DNA of 53,043 bases, filler included, from Squatina squatina (Eukaryota), in assembly GCA_031763465.1 (NCBI GenBank). It is 3 parts of 2 records of this genome, joined end to end, with 100 filler letters (N's around TTAATTAATTAA, not from the genome) between each part and the next. Parts side by side here need not be neighbours in the genome. Positions count along the whole stretch, not along the records: positions 19,054 to 35,456 come from JARFOE010000038.1; positions 35,557 to 53,043 come from JARFOE010000080.1; 1 more part is not named here. One strand, written 5' to 3'. Shown here piece after piece: positions 34,197 to 47,634 of this stretch. Under the pieces are notes generated by a model that saw only the letters and a program-made list of their open reading frames with translations, did not search any database and was not told the origin of the DNA. Made by a program: the position numbers and the translations under genes. The stretch's first letter is position 1; every line of letters starts with the position of its first letter.

Positions 34197-35456
34197 GTAC
34201 AACAGATTATTCCATTTTAATGTTTCATTAAACCGGATTTTAGTCAACTTTTTTGGAACACAAACGCACCATTGAAACACATCATTACTGACACTTCTCT
34301 GACGTTAGGGCAAAAATCATCTGTGGCGCACTTCTCATTTCCACCAAGTAGTCACAGGTTGGCCAAATACTTTTTCTGTGCCCCTTTAAGAGTTGCAAGT
34401 GACGGCAAAATCCTACTGAATGTTTGCCTTCATTCTATAGAAAATAACACTCATGAGCAGTTACATGAATTTGCGCAGTTTAATGAATACAGACACCTTT
34501 GTCCCAATATTACTGCACTGCCTGTTACACTACCTTTCCACATACTCAGCAGNNNNNNNNNNNNNNNNNNNNNNNNNNNNNNNNNNNNNNNNNNNNNNNN
34601 NNNNNNNNNNNNNNNNNNNNNNNNNNNNNNNNNNNNNNNNNNNNNNNNNNNNCTGCCTCTCCTCGTTTCTGTTATTTATAGATGACCTGGAGCTGTGGTG
34701 CAATACAACAGTAAATGTCTGGTCTCGTGCTGTGACATTTTACAGTAACCACAGTCCAGGCTTTCTTTCAAATTGCCATCTTCATATGGTTCCCTTTTGC
34801 ATGACAAATTTGTGAGGGTTAACAGTGCCCTGAAGTGTTAATTGCATCTCATTTAAAAGTGGGGAATCTGTTTTCTGTTAAATGGAAGAACTGCTTTCAA
34901 AATAGTCTTGTAAGGGATTAACAAGGCTGAGGCAATTATTTTGCTAAGATTCGAGATCTTTCAAATCCATAACATGACTGCAGGAGAGATTTCTTTTTAT
35001 TGCTGCAATTCAAACTGGCTCGTAGTGTGCAGACTTGCAGCACTGCTGCAGCTAATGATAGCTCAGCCTTTATAAAGCATGTTATAAAAATTTTAATCAC
35101 TACCCTGTACATACTGTATACCTACAACAGCAGGAAAACTGCCCGGTAGAGATTGAGCTATTTGACTGCTGCCTTTTTAAATTAATATTAATCTTGGCTT
35201 TGTTGACACTTGAAGCAAAACAGGATTTTTCCATTGTAATCTCCGCGTTTTACCTACCCACGTTCACGGCTTCAAGCGGGAAACGTGAATGTCCAGAATC
35301 TTTACTTCTAACCCTTTGGAGATTGTGGTACCATTTAACGCCAAAAAAGCAAAACAGTTACACCACTTCCCTTAGTGACTTAATTTGAATGTCTTTCTAC
35401 TGCTTAATAATGCAAACTATATATCCCTGCGTTTCACAATGCCACAACACCTACAT

Positions 35457-35556
35457 NNNNNNNNNNNNNNNNNNNNNNNNNNNNNNNNNNNNNNNNNNNN
35501 TTAATTAATTAANNNNNNNNNNNNNNNNNNNNNNNNNNNNNNNNNNNNNNNNNNNN
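35457..35556. other. Artificial scaffold spacer N44-TTAATTAATTAA-N44
   Basis: 12-mer at 35501-35512; identical geometry to the first spacer. Confidence 0.95.
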
Positions 35557-35974
35557 CAAACTCCACTCCTTTCCTCACCCCCACCACCAACTCCACCCCC
35601 TTCAGCCCCCCCAAGTGGTCCTCCAGCAGTCTGGACATTCCGGCCTCTTCAGTGGGCGGGTGCCTCAGGTGCAATGCTAGTGGCACAGGTGCCCACCATT
35701 GTCAGGCAAGTGCAGGAACCTCCCTAGTTTCACTGGGCTGAGTCCCATTGTGGATTTCTGGGACCTAGGTGTCTTTTACAGGAAGGCATTGGACATCCAC
35801 TGCCAGTTCTTAAATTTCAATGGTGCATTGAATTTCAACCTTTAATCATAGTGGTCATAATTCACTATCTTCAAAGTAATCTAACCAAAATGTTTCTTAT
35901 CCAGTGAAGATAAAATATAAAGCTTAAATTTCTGATATAGCCAGTTATTCCAGTTTTCTATCTTTTGAAACACT

Positions 35975-36231
35975 GGGGTAGAATTTAGACCTCAATGTTC
36001 TTATTTCACAGGCATAAAATGGGTGCCAGGAAAGCCAATTTCATGGACCAACTGTACCTAAGGGGCTCCCGATATTGTGTCAGGCCATTTTTCAGGCATC
36101 CCTGGCGGCTGCCTGAAACAGGCGTTAGACCTAATGTTCAACAATGTAAAATGGGCGAGCTGTGGAGGTGCAGCAGGAGCCGGCAGCTCGTCCAAGTAAT
36201 GTAAATGAGGCCCGAGGCCCAATTTCAGGCC
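35975..36231. mobile_element. Harbinger-like MITE remnant
   Basis: GGGGTAGAATTT at 35975 and CAATTTCAGGCC at 36220-36231 flank a GC-richer body. Confidence 0.45.
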
Positions 36232-37395
36232 AACCTCGGGCCTCCCAGTTGTGGAGTGCATGTTTTCTGATGTCACTACTTACAGGCCAAGACCAATTTA
36301 TAGGCTCTTGCTTCTTGAGTGCAAAGTATGCAAATGCTGCAGTTCAAGTTTGTTCCAAGTTTCCAAGTATAACTATGTTGAATTAGCTATGCACCAAAAA
36401 TTCAAATTATGGAATACTTTCTAAAAAATAATATAGGTAGAACCATCCTTAGGTCAAAACCAAGCAGAACCAAGCTGGGAAATGTTTTCTCATTCCAATA
36501 CTGTGATTATTAATGTTGAGGAAAATTGGAATTTCTCAGTAGTCCTCTTGCATTTTTTAACCAAATTAATCATCGATTAATATACAATTAGTTATTTTTT
36601 TCTAAATATTTGCATTTTACTAGAACTTTTTCACTTGGGACACCTTTTAGGCATTGCTGAGAACCAAGCATTACCCATTCTTGGAATGTATTCAAGCTCA
36701 GCCCTTCTACAGTGAAAGGCAGAATAATAGGCCATTGTATTAATCCAGTCATCATCCAGTTTCAAAAGCACTGGTTGATGGGGCAAAGTGTAATGTAAAA
36801 CTCGGGGACTTTATTTACAAATTATGCAATTTATAAAGAACAAAGCTATTGCTTGATAAACATTAAATAATAAGCAAAGGGTCACTGAATTCTGTGAGCA
36901 TATTGTTGTATCATTTGTCACACTACACTGTAATTGCAGGAAATATGACTTCACCAGAGTACTAAAACTTATGCCAGAATCATTTAAAAGCTTTTCTGAT
37001 AGAGTATTGCTGGCATATGAAGAGCAGGTTAGAATCTTGTTTATTCCAGAATGAACAATGGTATTACTGTATTTCCACCAATTTATTCAGCAAGCATTAG
37101 ACATGGGATGGCTTTGATTGCCTGGGGCAGTACAATGGTTACATATTGCTTAATTGGTTAACTCTTTAACCTCATCGACAATCATTTTCAGATACCACCT
37201 AATAGCATGTTACCATTTGTTTGTATTTTTCTTTTATGTCTTTAAAATGTCAATAACCCTCCCTTCTGTATTATAAAATGTGGAATGTTTTATATNNNNN
37301 NNNNNNNNNNNNNNNNNNNNNNNNNNNNNNNNNNNNNNNNNNNNNNNNNNNNNNNNNNNNNNNNNNNNNNNNNNNNNNNNNNNNNNNNNNNNNNN

Positions 37396-37525
37396 TGAAT
37401 GATCATCGACCTGAAACGTTAACTCTGTTCTTCTCTCCACAGATGCTGTCTGACCTGCTGATTATTTCCAGCACTTTCTGTTTTTATTTCAGATTTCCCG
37501 CAGCTGCAGTATTTTGCTTTTGTAC
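37396..37525 (+). mobile_element. Penelope-like element terminal repeat fragment
   Basis: tcgacctgaaacgttaactctg...cacagatgctg.ctgacctgctga.tatttccagca...ttctgttttt resembles the shark Penelope terminal repeat as I recall it. Confidence 0.65.
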
Positions 37526-37604
37526 TAGGAGAATTCCTCATTCTACTTCAGTCTCTTCCTGCAGCACTGGAATAGGCAGACAGGACAGTTTAATATTGCA
37601 TGCA

Positions 37605-37727
37605 ATCTGACAATGCAGCACCTCCTCAGCCCTGCACTAGATTAAGTGTGTAAATTCCAGAGTGGATTTTGAACCCACAATTTTCTGACTCGGAGGTAAA
37701 AATGCACCCAACTGAACCAAACTGACA
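37605..37727 (-). mobile_element. SacSINE1-like SINE head, decayed
   Basis: ttgaacccacaattttctgactcggagg. Confidence 0.6.
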
Positions 37728-40176
37728 CCCAAAATCTAAAATGTAAAATCATGTCTTGGTTTAAATTTAAGCAATTGCCAAATTGGACTGGGTATGTTAT
37801 TATATCTCTAAATAATAGCACAATTTCTCAAAAAAATGTTCTCACACCATCTATATCATTAATCATTTTCTCAATCTGCCTGTAGAATTTCATTTTTTTT
37901 TAAAGAGTGGCAGGAGACTTTGAATAAAACATTTTCTGCNNNNNNNNNNTAACCTTCTAATGGAGTGTTACTGCTGGCAAAAAGCTGAAGACTTTGCAAA
38001 GCTGTGAAATTAATTTTCAGGCATTTCAGTTTACGCCTGTAATGCATGTGTTCTCGGCTTCAAAAGCTCTACTGGAGGGGGAGGTTTCCGACACTGAAAA
38101 GGAGACAATTTCATCAGAGTTATAGTGGGTGATGTTGCCCACAATTAAAGGGCTGAGTTAAGGCTACTCCAATTGTTCCACAGGACATATTCAGGGCTAT
38201 CAATTTATTTTGGAGGAACATTTATGATTAGCAAGAATGACAACAATTGGAACCCTTTTAAATATATGAAAATGTGTTTTTTGAGAACGATGTAGGTCAA
38301 AATAGGTAGAATTTTTAAACCGAATTGCCACACCCGATGAGTGACATTTAGCAGGTGTGCACTAACGTAAGTTACATAATTGGCATTCAGCAATACTGAA
38401 GGCAGATAAAAATGTAGCAAACTGATAACCTCCTTCCCTGATGGTTTTACTTTTATTTGTAAAATCTTGAGGATCTATTTCAATTGCAGACACCAAATTT
38501 GCTTGCTAATTCCAGTGCATTATCAGCACTGGAAATGTTTTTCTACTTTTGAGGCCTGCAAATTGGCTGTGGCAACCCTTTTGATTGAGTCTGCGGCCTC
38601 CTTGCACTGCTGCCTGGAACTCATTTCAATATATGCTAATGAGGAGAGACATCATCGGCAGGCCGGATGNNNNNNNNNNNNNNNNNNNNNNNNNNNNNNN
38701 NNNNNNNNNNNNNNNNNNNNNNNNNNNNNNNNNNNNNNNNNNNNNNNNNNNNNNNNNNNNNNNNNNNNNAAGCAGCTCTGAGTGTACAGGATATACACAG
38801 ACTTACATTTAGCACTGGAGGGTGTAGTTTTCCTAAATGTGATGACAGTTTGGCTGAATAATTTCTTTTTCATGCACAGCTCGTAAGAACAAAGCTTTCA
38901 GATTTGACAAGCTTGATATCAGTTCCATTTCTGTCTGATTATATCCCAGTGCTGTTTGCGCTCCAATCTCCACAGCTGTCACCAGCCACAATCCTGCTAT
39001 TCCTAGTAGTCATATTTATCTGTCTCAACATGTCACCACCAACAACTTTTTCCAGTCACTGGCACCTGCTTCTCTGCTGTCATTTTGCGATTGGAGTGGC
39101 TGGCTATTTCCCTCCATTACCTCCAAATTAGCGGAGCTGTCCTTTTATTTCGCTTTTGTCCTTTTAAAGGCTGCACTCTAATTCCCACGCACTCCGGCAG
39201 TTTACACCCGTTTCACATGGGATTTACCGAGCAGAAATGCAAATAAGCTGACCCAGGAAACCCTCGTGCAAATGCCTCCCTTGAGCATTAGCGGACTCAA
39301 ATCTTTCCCCATTGGTGTAACAACGACGTGGAAATTCACCCCGACTGTCTTGTTGAAAAGTGCGGTGCAAACCTTTTTTCAACTGCAAATGCCCAGCGCA
39401 ATAAGATCAATCCAATTTAAAATGTAGCTTCTTTTAATTTCTGCTGCAACTAAAGTGGCAGGAGCCTTCTCGCTCCCCAAACAAAATAAGTTTGGGAAGA
39501 ATTTTACTTTCCTGAAAATGATTTCCCTTTAAAGAAAAATGTTAATTTTATCACAACAACTTGAATTTATATGGCGCCTCTGATGTAGTAAAACGTTCCA
39601 AGGTGCTTCTGAGCGTCATCAAACAAGATCACATTTCACTGGACTCCCAGAGAGTGGGATTCATTATCCAATGTAACCTTTGTTATATGCCATTTATTAC
39701 ATCATTATAAATTTAAATCGGAAATTAATTTTTAATATTTTTCTTCAAGTCCACAGAACAGAGACTTCAAGTCCTGAAGTTTTTTTTTAGTTTTTACATA
39801 GAATTAATTTTGTACCTTTGTATGCTGGAAGTAAACTAAGAGAGATCAACTAAAATGCAGCACAATTTTAATTCAAAGAGCAACTTAAAAATAAAAATCG
39901 GTGCAGAAATGTAAGAGCTATGGTTTTTAACAACTGATGTTTCCCTCGGCTGGAACCAAGCCAGCTCACGACAAATGAATGCAACTTTTCACTTTTAGCT
40001 GTTCTGCCCCAGGACCTCCTCAAAGTGTTCTGAGGTAGCAGCAAAGCTACAAGCCGGGGCAATGCCACGGTAATCGNNNNNNNNNNNNNNNNNNNNNNNN
40101 NNNNNNNNNNNNNNNNNNNNNNNNNNNNNNNNNNNNNNNNNNNNNNNNNNNNNNNNNNNNNNNNNNNNNNNNNNNN

Positions 40177-40648
40177 AGCAGCTGCAACAATGCTGAAGAA
40201 ATTCAACATGATCTGGAACATAGCAGTGCACTTGATCAGTGCTTTGCCACTGCATTCAATATTCAACCCCCTCCACCACCGGCACTCTGTTGCTACGATG
40301 TGTACTGCAAACAGGATGCACTGCAGCAATGTACCAAGCTTACAGCAACCTAAAATTGACCTCTACCAAGAAGGACAAGAGCAACAAGATCATGGGAATA
40401 CTATCGCCACCAAGTTCCCCTCCAAATCATACACTATCCAGACTTGTACAATATACCTCCATTTCTTCATCATCGCTTGGTCAAAATCCAGGAATTCCTT
40501 ACATAACACCATTGTGGGAGGTCCAAAAGCACAATGACTGCAGTGGTTCCAGGAAAAGGCCCACCACCACCTTCCCAGGACAACTAGGGATTGCAATGGA
40601 GATGTGGTCCTGCCAGCATCATCCACATCCCAAGAATAATATATTTTA
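40177..40648 (+). mobile_element. CR1/L2-superfamily LINE 3' end, partner of the SINE at 33405
   Basis: HHRHSVA..C...RMHCSN-like ORF2 end (ORF 40190..40537) and tail cccaccaccaccttc...caactaggga...tgccagcatcatccacatcccaagaat. Confidence 0.7.
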
Positions 40649-41475
40649 AAAATTGATAGCTGACCATTCCTGGTCCTCTACACACCCAACACAACAAGAG
40701 TTATTGGATAATGATCAGGAGTGGGAATTCTGGATAATCTTTCCCATTACAGCAATACTGATAGTGATTGTAGCACACCACTGTCCTTGCTAGGATCACC
40801 AGGGATTGATCTTGGACCTTCTTGGTTTGTATAGCCCAATGCCACACTAAGTGATGCATTGATCCACTGAGCCATTTGGGATTCCTTGAATCTGTGAAGA
40901 TGTATGAGCTTGATCAATGTAGCCATGCTCATAATGATAGCAAAAACATCTGTTTGCCCTTCGCAGTTACAAAAATTTACACATGGCCAAAGCTGTGCAA
41001 GTCCTTATATGTTTCACTGAAGTTTAGCAATCCCTCAACAACACAAATAAATTCTAATAGATAGAAATCAAGTGTAGCTATTCATCTCAACAATCTGCAG
41101 CTGTAAAATCTCTTGCTTTTTTTGCTGATAATCCCAGAATTAAAGTAAGACAGATTATGGAACTTATTTCTGACATTTATATCTATAAAAGTCCTTAGCA
41201 GTACGATTCTGAAAATAAACTCCAAAAACTTGGCACTTTGGGTGACTGGGAAGATTTCCTTCTCACACTCCTTTCTTGTGCAAATGTTAAAATATTGGAT
41301 CAACATCTTAAAGATGTTTCAAGATAACCTCTTCATTCTAACATATAAATCAGCTTTAGATCTGATTCAGCAGGAGCAAAAGTCTGGGCCACAAGCATTA
41401 AATTAAATTTTAATGAACTAGAGTCAAAAAAATAAAGAGACAGAATAGTTAAAAATGTTCCATTCAAGATACAAA

Positions 41476-41627
41476 GGGCCTGAAATTGAGCGTCGCCATG
41501 CCAAAAACACGTACGGGGCGGGAGCTGGCATTTGTCTCGCCGGCCCTGCCCCGCCCCTCCCAAAATCCTGGGGCGGCAGGCCTTGAACGCCGGTGGTGTG
41601 CCTTCAGCACCACGTCATCGGCGTCAT
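41476..41627 (+). mobile_element. Harbinger-like MITE end (TIR GGGCCTGAAATTG)
   Basis: Terminal motif followed by a CpG-rich body up to the gap. Confidence 0.55.
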
Positions 41628-42380
41628 NNNNNNNNNNNNNNNNNNNNNNNNNNNNNNNNNNNNNNNNNNNNNNNNNNNNNNNNNNNNNNNNNNNNNNNNN
41701 NNNNNNNNNNNNNNNNNNNNNNNNNNNTGTTCAGTGAATCAGTGGAGTGGACAAACTGGAATGACATCAACCAAGAGAGAGCATCTGCTTCCTTCCATTG
41801 GTGTTAGTGTGTTCAGCATGTTCTGAAATCCACTGCAAGCTTTCCTTTCTTTAGCAAAAAAGGCTAAGTTCCCTTGGGTTGTTACAACATTACTTAAAAA
41901 TATTCTGAGGCCCAAGGAAGCAGGGATCTCCCATCTTGCTGTAGCTATGGAAACAATATGGGCTGTTATCTCAGAATGCTTTCAAACAGAGGAATAAAGC
42001 CCCTTAAACAGTCATGAAATTATGTAAATGGCCGAGAGCCAAGTGGCTGAACAAATTGTCTCACTACTGCTGCCTCAACTTATCTCCACCTGGATACTCT
42101 CCACTACACACCTCTGTGATGTAATTAGATAAACTGTATGTGATGCATCTGGTATCTGATGACCTAACAACAGGGGGAGAGGCAGTGTCAATTTAGCGTC
42201 ACTATGATTAGAATGCCCATAACTCTGATATTTCTACTTTTCCACATGAACACCTAGCCTAACAGGTCTCCCTTATTTGATGTTGCCTGCAATCATGAGT
42301 TAATTATTTCAGTTGATGTCTGGGTCAATCCCTTTTAAAATGTTAATGCAGGCAAATTTGTAAACTGGGGAACATAAATT

Positions 42381-42760
42381 GGGGTAGAAATTGCACAGCG
42401 CCGTCCTGCCACCGTGGACTGGGCACAGGAATCAATCCCTGCGCCAGAAAAAATAGGCCTGAGGCTCGATCGAAATAAGGCCTCGGGCTTCATGTCAATT
42501 AGATCTGCTGTGCATCTCCAGTCAGCTTGCCGGCGCAACGGACATCAGTGTCGATCTGCTGCGATGCTGGTAGCAGCCCTCAGGCAGGTCCCAGAAGGGC
42601 TGCAGGGGGGCACCTGTGCAGACAGAGGAGTAACTCCTGCTCCTCTTGGCTCCATTTTTTTTTTCCACTTTACCTTTCATTGGTGGTCGGGAGGGCCATT
42701 GATAAAATTCCTGAGTGGCGCAGGTCCAACGTCTGCCCTCCTAGTTGCAGAGTAATTTTG
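42381..42760 (+). mobile_element. Harbinger-like MITE (TIR GGGGTAGAAATTG)
   Basis: Terminal motif followed by a GC-rich body; right end uncertain. Confidence 0.5.
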
Positions 42761-44194
42761 AAATGTGGTCCTTCAACAGGTGTCAGGTCAACAACAACAA
42801 CAACAACTTGTATTTATATAGTGNNNNNNNNNNNNNNNNNNNNNNNNNNNNNNNNNNNNNNNNNNNNNNNNNNNNNNNNNNNNNNNNNNNNNNNNNNNNN
42901 NNNNNNNNNNNNNNNNNNNNNNNCAGAAAGAATAAGGCAACATGCTTCCCTGTCCGGCACTTTCTGCTAGCCAGCTACATAGCAGCAAATAGCAGAAGCC
43001 TGGCTATCAATCGCTTTACATTCCCTAGGCTTTCCCAAGCTTGGCACCACAAAAGCTACTTTTTTCTACTCTGGTAGTATCTTTCACTATGGGCTTTCAC
43101 CCTTCACCCAAATTCTCAATAAAAAAAATAACTATTTTTTTCCAAAGTAAATACAATGCTGCCTGCTTCAATTATAAAAGTTATGATTGAAGAACAGACA
43201 AAGTAAAGACTTCAACATAATTTCACATCAGCCAGCAATACTCCATTGAGAATCTTTCCACAATTGCACCTAGCCAATGTAAGGGTTAAGTGCCTGGTAA
43301 CTGGCTATACCTTATTACAAAGGGCCTGCAGGAAAGTTAATTATTGCATGACTAACAGTCATATAGTTTTGCAAAAGAAATCTGGCATGCCTATTACAGT
43401 TTTGTAAGAATGATGACTTAAACAGGGTGAGTGAAAATATAATTTGTATGATGTCAACCAAGAACACATTGCACGCATAGAATTGTTTTTTAGCAAGTCA
43501 GAAACAACTGGAGACTATTGTACAAAGGTTTGGCACAGTCATTTGAATTAAATCCAACATAACTGTAAGAAAATGACTGCAGTTTATTACACATCTACTG
43601 TAAATTAAAAACCACAGTATCTGCACACCTGTTTGAATATGTCTCTGTATAGTATCTGTATGTCACAGCACCATAAAATAAATAAGATGGAAAGTGTGAC
43701 CTGATTGTTGACAGAGGAGTAGAGAGGTGTGCTTTATAGAATGACATCCCTGACTGGACAGCGACAACGAGTAACGGTGATTTTTCAAATATTTGTACAC
43801 AACACGGTGACGTTCACAGTCCAATAAACTCCTGGTCGCCACAAGTCCAACACAATTCCCTGAGCACTATGTTATCTGTGAAAATTAACTGATGTAAGAA
43901 TGTACTGATTAAAAGGAATACGTGGACATAAATATTACTACTTTGCATGTAAGACAGGAAAAGTATAGAATGCACTAGTGGCCAGCTGGAAGCAGCATTG
44001 GCATAGATGACCCATGTTTGTACAAATGCTGCAGGAAGAATCTAATCAGTCCCGGTTCACGCACCTTGATGTCCCAGAATTTAGGGTGTTTTGGGGGAAT
44101 GAAAAACCAGAGAGAATTTGCATACACAACTGAGCATGATTACAATTAAACATTTTTGCACAGTACCCAGAAAGGAAAAACCCTGTCGTTGTCA

Positions 44195-44425
44195 ACCCTG
44201 GCTATTTGCAGAATATTCTGTAAACAATTCTCCTACATGAAGTTAACTGAGGAGCAATGTGTTAGAAGGCTTCGCTTCTCAAGGGAGATCATAAAAGAGC
44301 TGTGCCATCTGCTTGCTCAAGATCTGGAGCCCCACACAAGGATGAGGACAGCTCTCTCAGTACCAGTGAAGGTCACAATCACTCGAAACTTCCAAGCAAA
44401 TGGATAATTTCAGGGTGTCACTGGA
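44195..44425 (+). pseudogene. PIF/Harbinger transposase N-terminal fragment (decayed)
   Basis: QFSYMKLTEEQCVRRLRFSREIIKELCHLLAQDLEPHTRMRTALSVPVKVTITRNFQANG*FQ aligns by eye with the copy at 49073-49470 and the HARBI1-like HTH region; in-frame stop at 44405-44407. Confidence 0.8.
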
Positions 44426-46279
44426 NNNNNNNNNNNNNNNNNNNNNNNNNNNNNNNNNNNNNNNNNNNNNNNNNNNNNNNNNNNNNNNNNNNNNNNNNNN
44501 NNNNNNNNNNNNNNNNNNNNNNNNNAAAGTGACGGACCCAATTCTCGTCAATTTGGCAAGACACTCCACAATTTGCGTCGATTGTTTTATTTTAATCTAA
44601 GCAATATGCTGCAACACCAGGTTTCACCAGAATGAAGTAACAGTAGTTCTTCCAGTCTTCAAAAGTGTTTTCAGTCAAGTATTTTATATATGTTATAGTC
44701 TTCAGGGAGTCTAAGTTCTGTGCGCAGTTGGGTTTATTTTAAATCACTGACCCCAGTGTGCCAGCAGCTGCAAGTGAGGAACGCCTAAAAAAAACTAGTT
44801 AAGGTACCATTTAATGCTGTTAACTGCAGTGGGTGGAGGCTGGAGGGCAGTAGTTTTTAACAAGTCCCATTTGAAAGACTAGCTCAGTGTGGTTGTCACG
44901 ACAGTTGTCTCCCTGGCTGAGGTTGTATTGCTAACAGATGGGAATCCGGCAGCTTTTTTAAATTTATGCAGATGCTCTGTAAAATGAGTAGCTATGTAAA
45001 GTGATTGTAACATTAACCTTTCATGACCTTCTCACTGCTGTGACAATAAGCAGAACAAGGTTGAAACTTTTCATTTTCTTCAGAAACTTGCATTAATATC
45101 CAAACATTTCCCCCAAAAAACATTTTTTTTCTTCCTCCAATCTCCCTCTGCACTGCAGGTTAAAGTTGAAAATTTTGTGCCTGTTTGGAAATATGACAAG
45201 AAAAAAATGTTAAATTTAAATATGTATCGTTGTTTTCAAGCCACCTGTGGGCATTATGTTGGCAGGTGAAGGTGGATTCTGGACCACGTTTATGTCAGGT
45301 CTCCACCCCATGTGACCAGTGCTGGGGTTTCCTGGTGGAGCAGGGCCAGATAGATCTTGCATCAGTCCCACTTTCAAACTGACATCACAAAAGGAGGCGG
45401 GACTGGTGGAATGACATCGCCCGGTGGAATTCCTGCCACCCCTACCTCCGGTGCCCCCAAACGAACGAGCGCACAGTACTTTAAAGCAGGTCAGAAGTGG
45501 GACCAACTAGATTGTTTAAGGCGGGTTGCAAAGTGATTGGCTGCTGTGAGGAAAGTGGCCTTAATGAGGAAGAGGCCATTTTTCACAAGTTATTCTGCCT
45601 TTGGCTGGACCTGCTGACACCAGTCTCCAGCAGCTGGACAATGCCCCAGTTTCCATCACCCACCCCTTCCCATGGGCGCCCGAGCTATGGTGATATTGGC
45701 ATAGATGTACACTCACTGCATGTACATTTTTTGGCAGGGTCAGACACGTAACTGTGTGCTGTACAAAATGTCCGGCATCACCATTGTTGCACAGGGTTTT
45801 TGAGGTTACTGGACCTAAATTTCCATTTTTTTAAATTGTCAAAATGTGGAAGAAATGTCTCTTTTATGTCACCCTGCTCACAAAATTGCATTCATGCATT
45901 TTTTTGAAATGGATGGAAAATCGCAAAAGGCGCTTCCACAACATTGAGCTCTTTTGCCCAGGCCTGAAGAGGGAAATCTGCCCCAGTGAGTCGGCCATCT
46001 TGGTGGTGTAATTAGGTACAGCCCCAAGTACAGGCAAGTTGCCTAACCAACCAGAGGGCAGGCAACCAGCAGGGATTCCAGATTGGGTGGTTCCTACTGG
46101 CAAGTCACAGTGTAAGGCAGATGAAAAGAATGGAGATGTCCAGCACCTCCTTCTGATTCGCTTGCAAAGTTCAAGGTTAATGGCCCCAGGAGGATAGGAA
46201 AGGGACAAAAATAACACTACTTAAGAAAAAAAATTAAGAAGCCCCAGATATGATCATGTAACATAGACTTACCTCTGAA

Positions 46280-47085
46280 CATTGCAGGGTTATGGGGTAA
46301 GAGTGGGGAAAGGGATAGCTCTTTCAAAGAGCCAGTACAGTCACAATTGGCCGAATGGCTTCCTTCTGCACTAAAGCCTAAAGGGAGAAGTGAGAACTGA
46401 TTGAGAAATAAATGTTGTCCAGAACATCAGGAAAAATTCCTGCTCTTCTTTGAATACCACCATGAGATTTTTGATACACATCTAAACTTGCAGAGACAGG
46501 GTCTTGGTTAAACTTCTCATCCAAAAGATGGCACCTCTGGCAATGCAGCATCTCCTTAGAACTGCACTAACATGTCAGCGTAGATTATATGCTCATGTCC
46601 TGAAACAGGGGTGAACACATGACCTTATGATTTCGGCAAAAATACTAGCACGAAGCCAAGATGGCATTCAAATTAAGTGGAAATCATGGGCTACACAACA
46701 ACAGCTTGTTTTTATATCACGTCTTTAATCTAGGAAACGCACAAAGGCACTTCAGAGAGCTGTAAGGAAAGTGGACACGGAGCCAAAGAAATAGAGATTA
46801 GGAAGCACAAAAAAAGCTTGTTCAAAGAGGTGGGTTTTAGGGAGAGTTTTAAAGAAAGAGTGAGAGGTGGGCATGCGGAGGGTTTAGACAGGGAACTCCA
46901 GAGAGTGGATCCTAGGCAGTTGAAGGTACAGACATCCACAGTAGGACAAAATAAGTGAGGTGCACAAGAGGTCAGATTCAAAAAAATGGATCTGAATGGA
47001 GGTGGGGCAGGAGGAGGTGCATGTGGGGCACAACCGCCAGCATATATCAGTTGAGCCGAATGGCCTGTTTTTGTGCTATAGACTC
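46280..47085. mobile_element. Mixed repeat cluster: CR1 tail (+), SacSINE1-like (-, ~46410-46665), L2 tail (-, ~46697-46990), CR1 tail (+)
   Basis: Similarity to other copies in the window. Confidence 0.65.
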
Positions 47086-47489
47086 TATGGCAGGAATTGT
47101 CCCTACCTGGGCAGGTCTGGAGCAGACAGCCGCCATGGTGGATCGTGAGCCTGTTGCTGGTTCCATCATGCTCCACAGAACAATAAAGCCTATTAAGCCC
47201 ACCCTGTGCATTACCTGGCCAAATTAAATGGTGTGTGTCTGGTGACATCATCAATGACACGTTTTCAGCCGGGATATTTAAAGGAGCCCTGACCACATTC
47301 CATTTGAAGGTTCAGGATAGTGCAGTCACTGCTGCCCAAACCAGCAAAGATGACTACACAGAGGATGAGGGCTGCACCCAGGTTCTTAGNNNNNNNNNNN
47401 NNNNNNNNNNNNNNNNNNNNNNNNNNNNNNNNNNNNNNNNNNNNNNNNNNNNNNNNNNNNNNNNNNNNNNNNNNNNNNNNNNNNNNNNN

Positions 47490-47634
47490 GTGGCCCTTAC
47501 GGCTAAAGGGATCAGGGGGTACGGTGAGAAAGCAGGTACGGGGTACTGATCAGCCATGATCATATTCAATGGCGGTGCAGGCTCGAAGGGCCGAATGGCC
47601 TACTCCTGCACCTATTTTTCTATGTTTCTATGTA
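47490..47634 (+). mobile_element. Young CR1 3' end
   Basis: ggctcgaagggccgaatggcctactcctgcacctatttttctatgtttctatgt, with CpGs intact. Confidence 0.85.

Noticed and set aside
41603-41623. REST/NRSE site (TTCAGCACCACG)
   Set aside because: Only the left half matches, the GGACAG half is absent, and it lies inside a MITE.
44156-44407. Domesticated HARBI1 gene
   Set aside because: In-frame stop, and a second similarly decayed copy at 49073-49560 indicates transposon relics.
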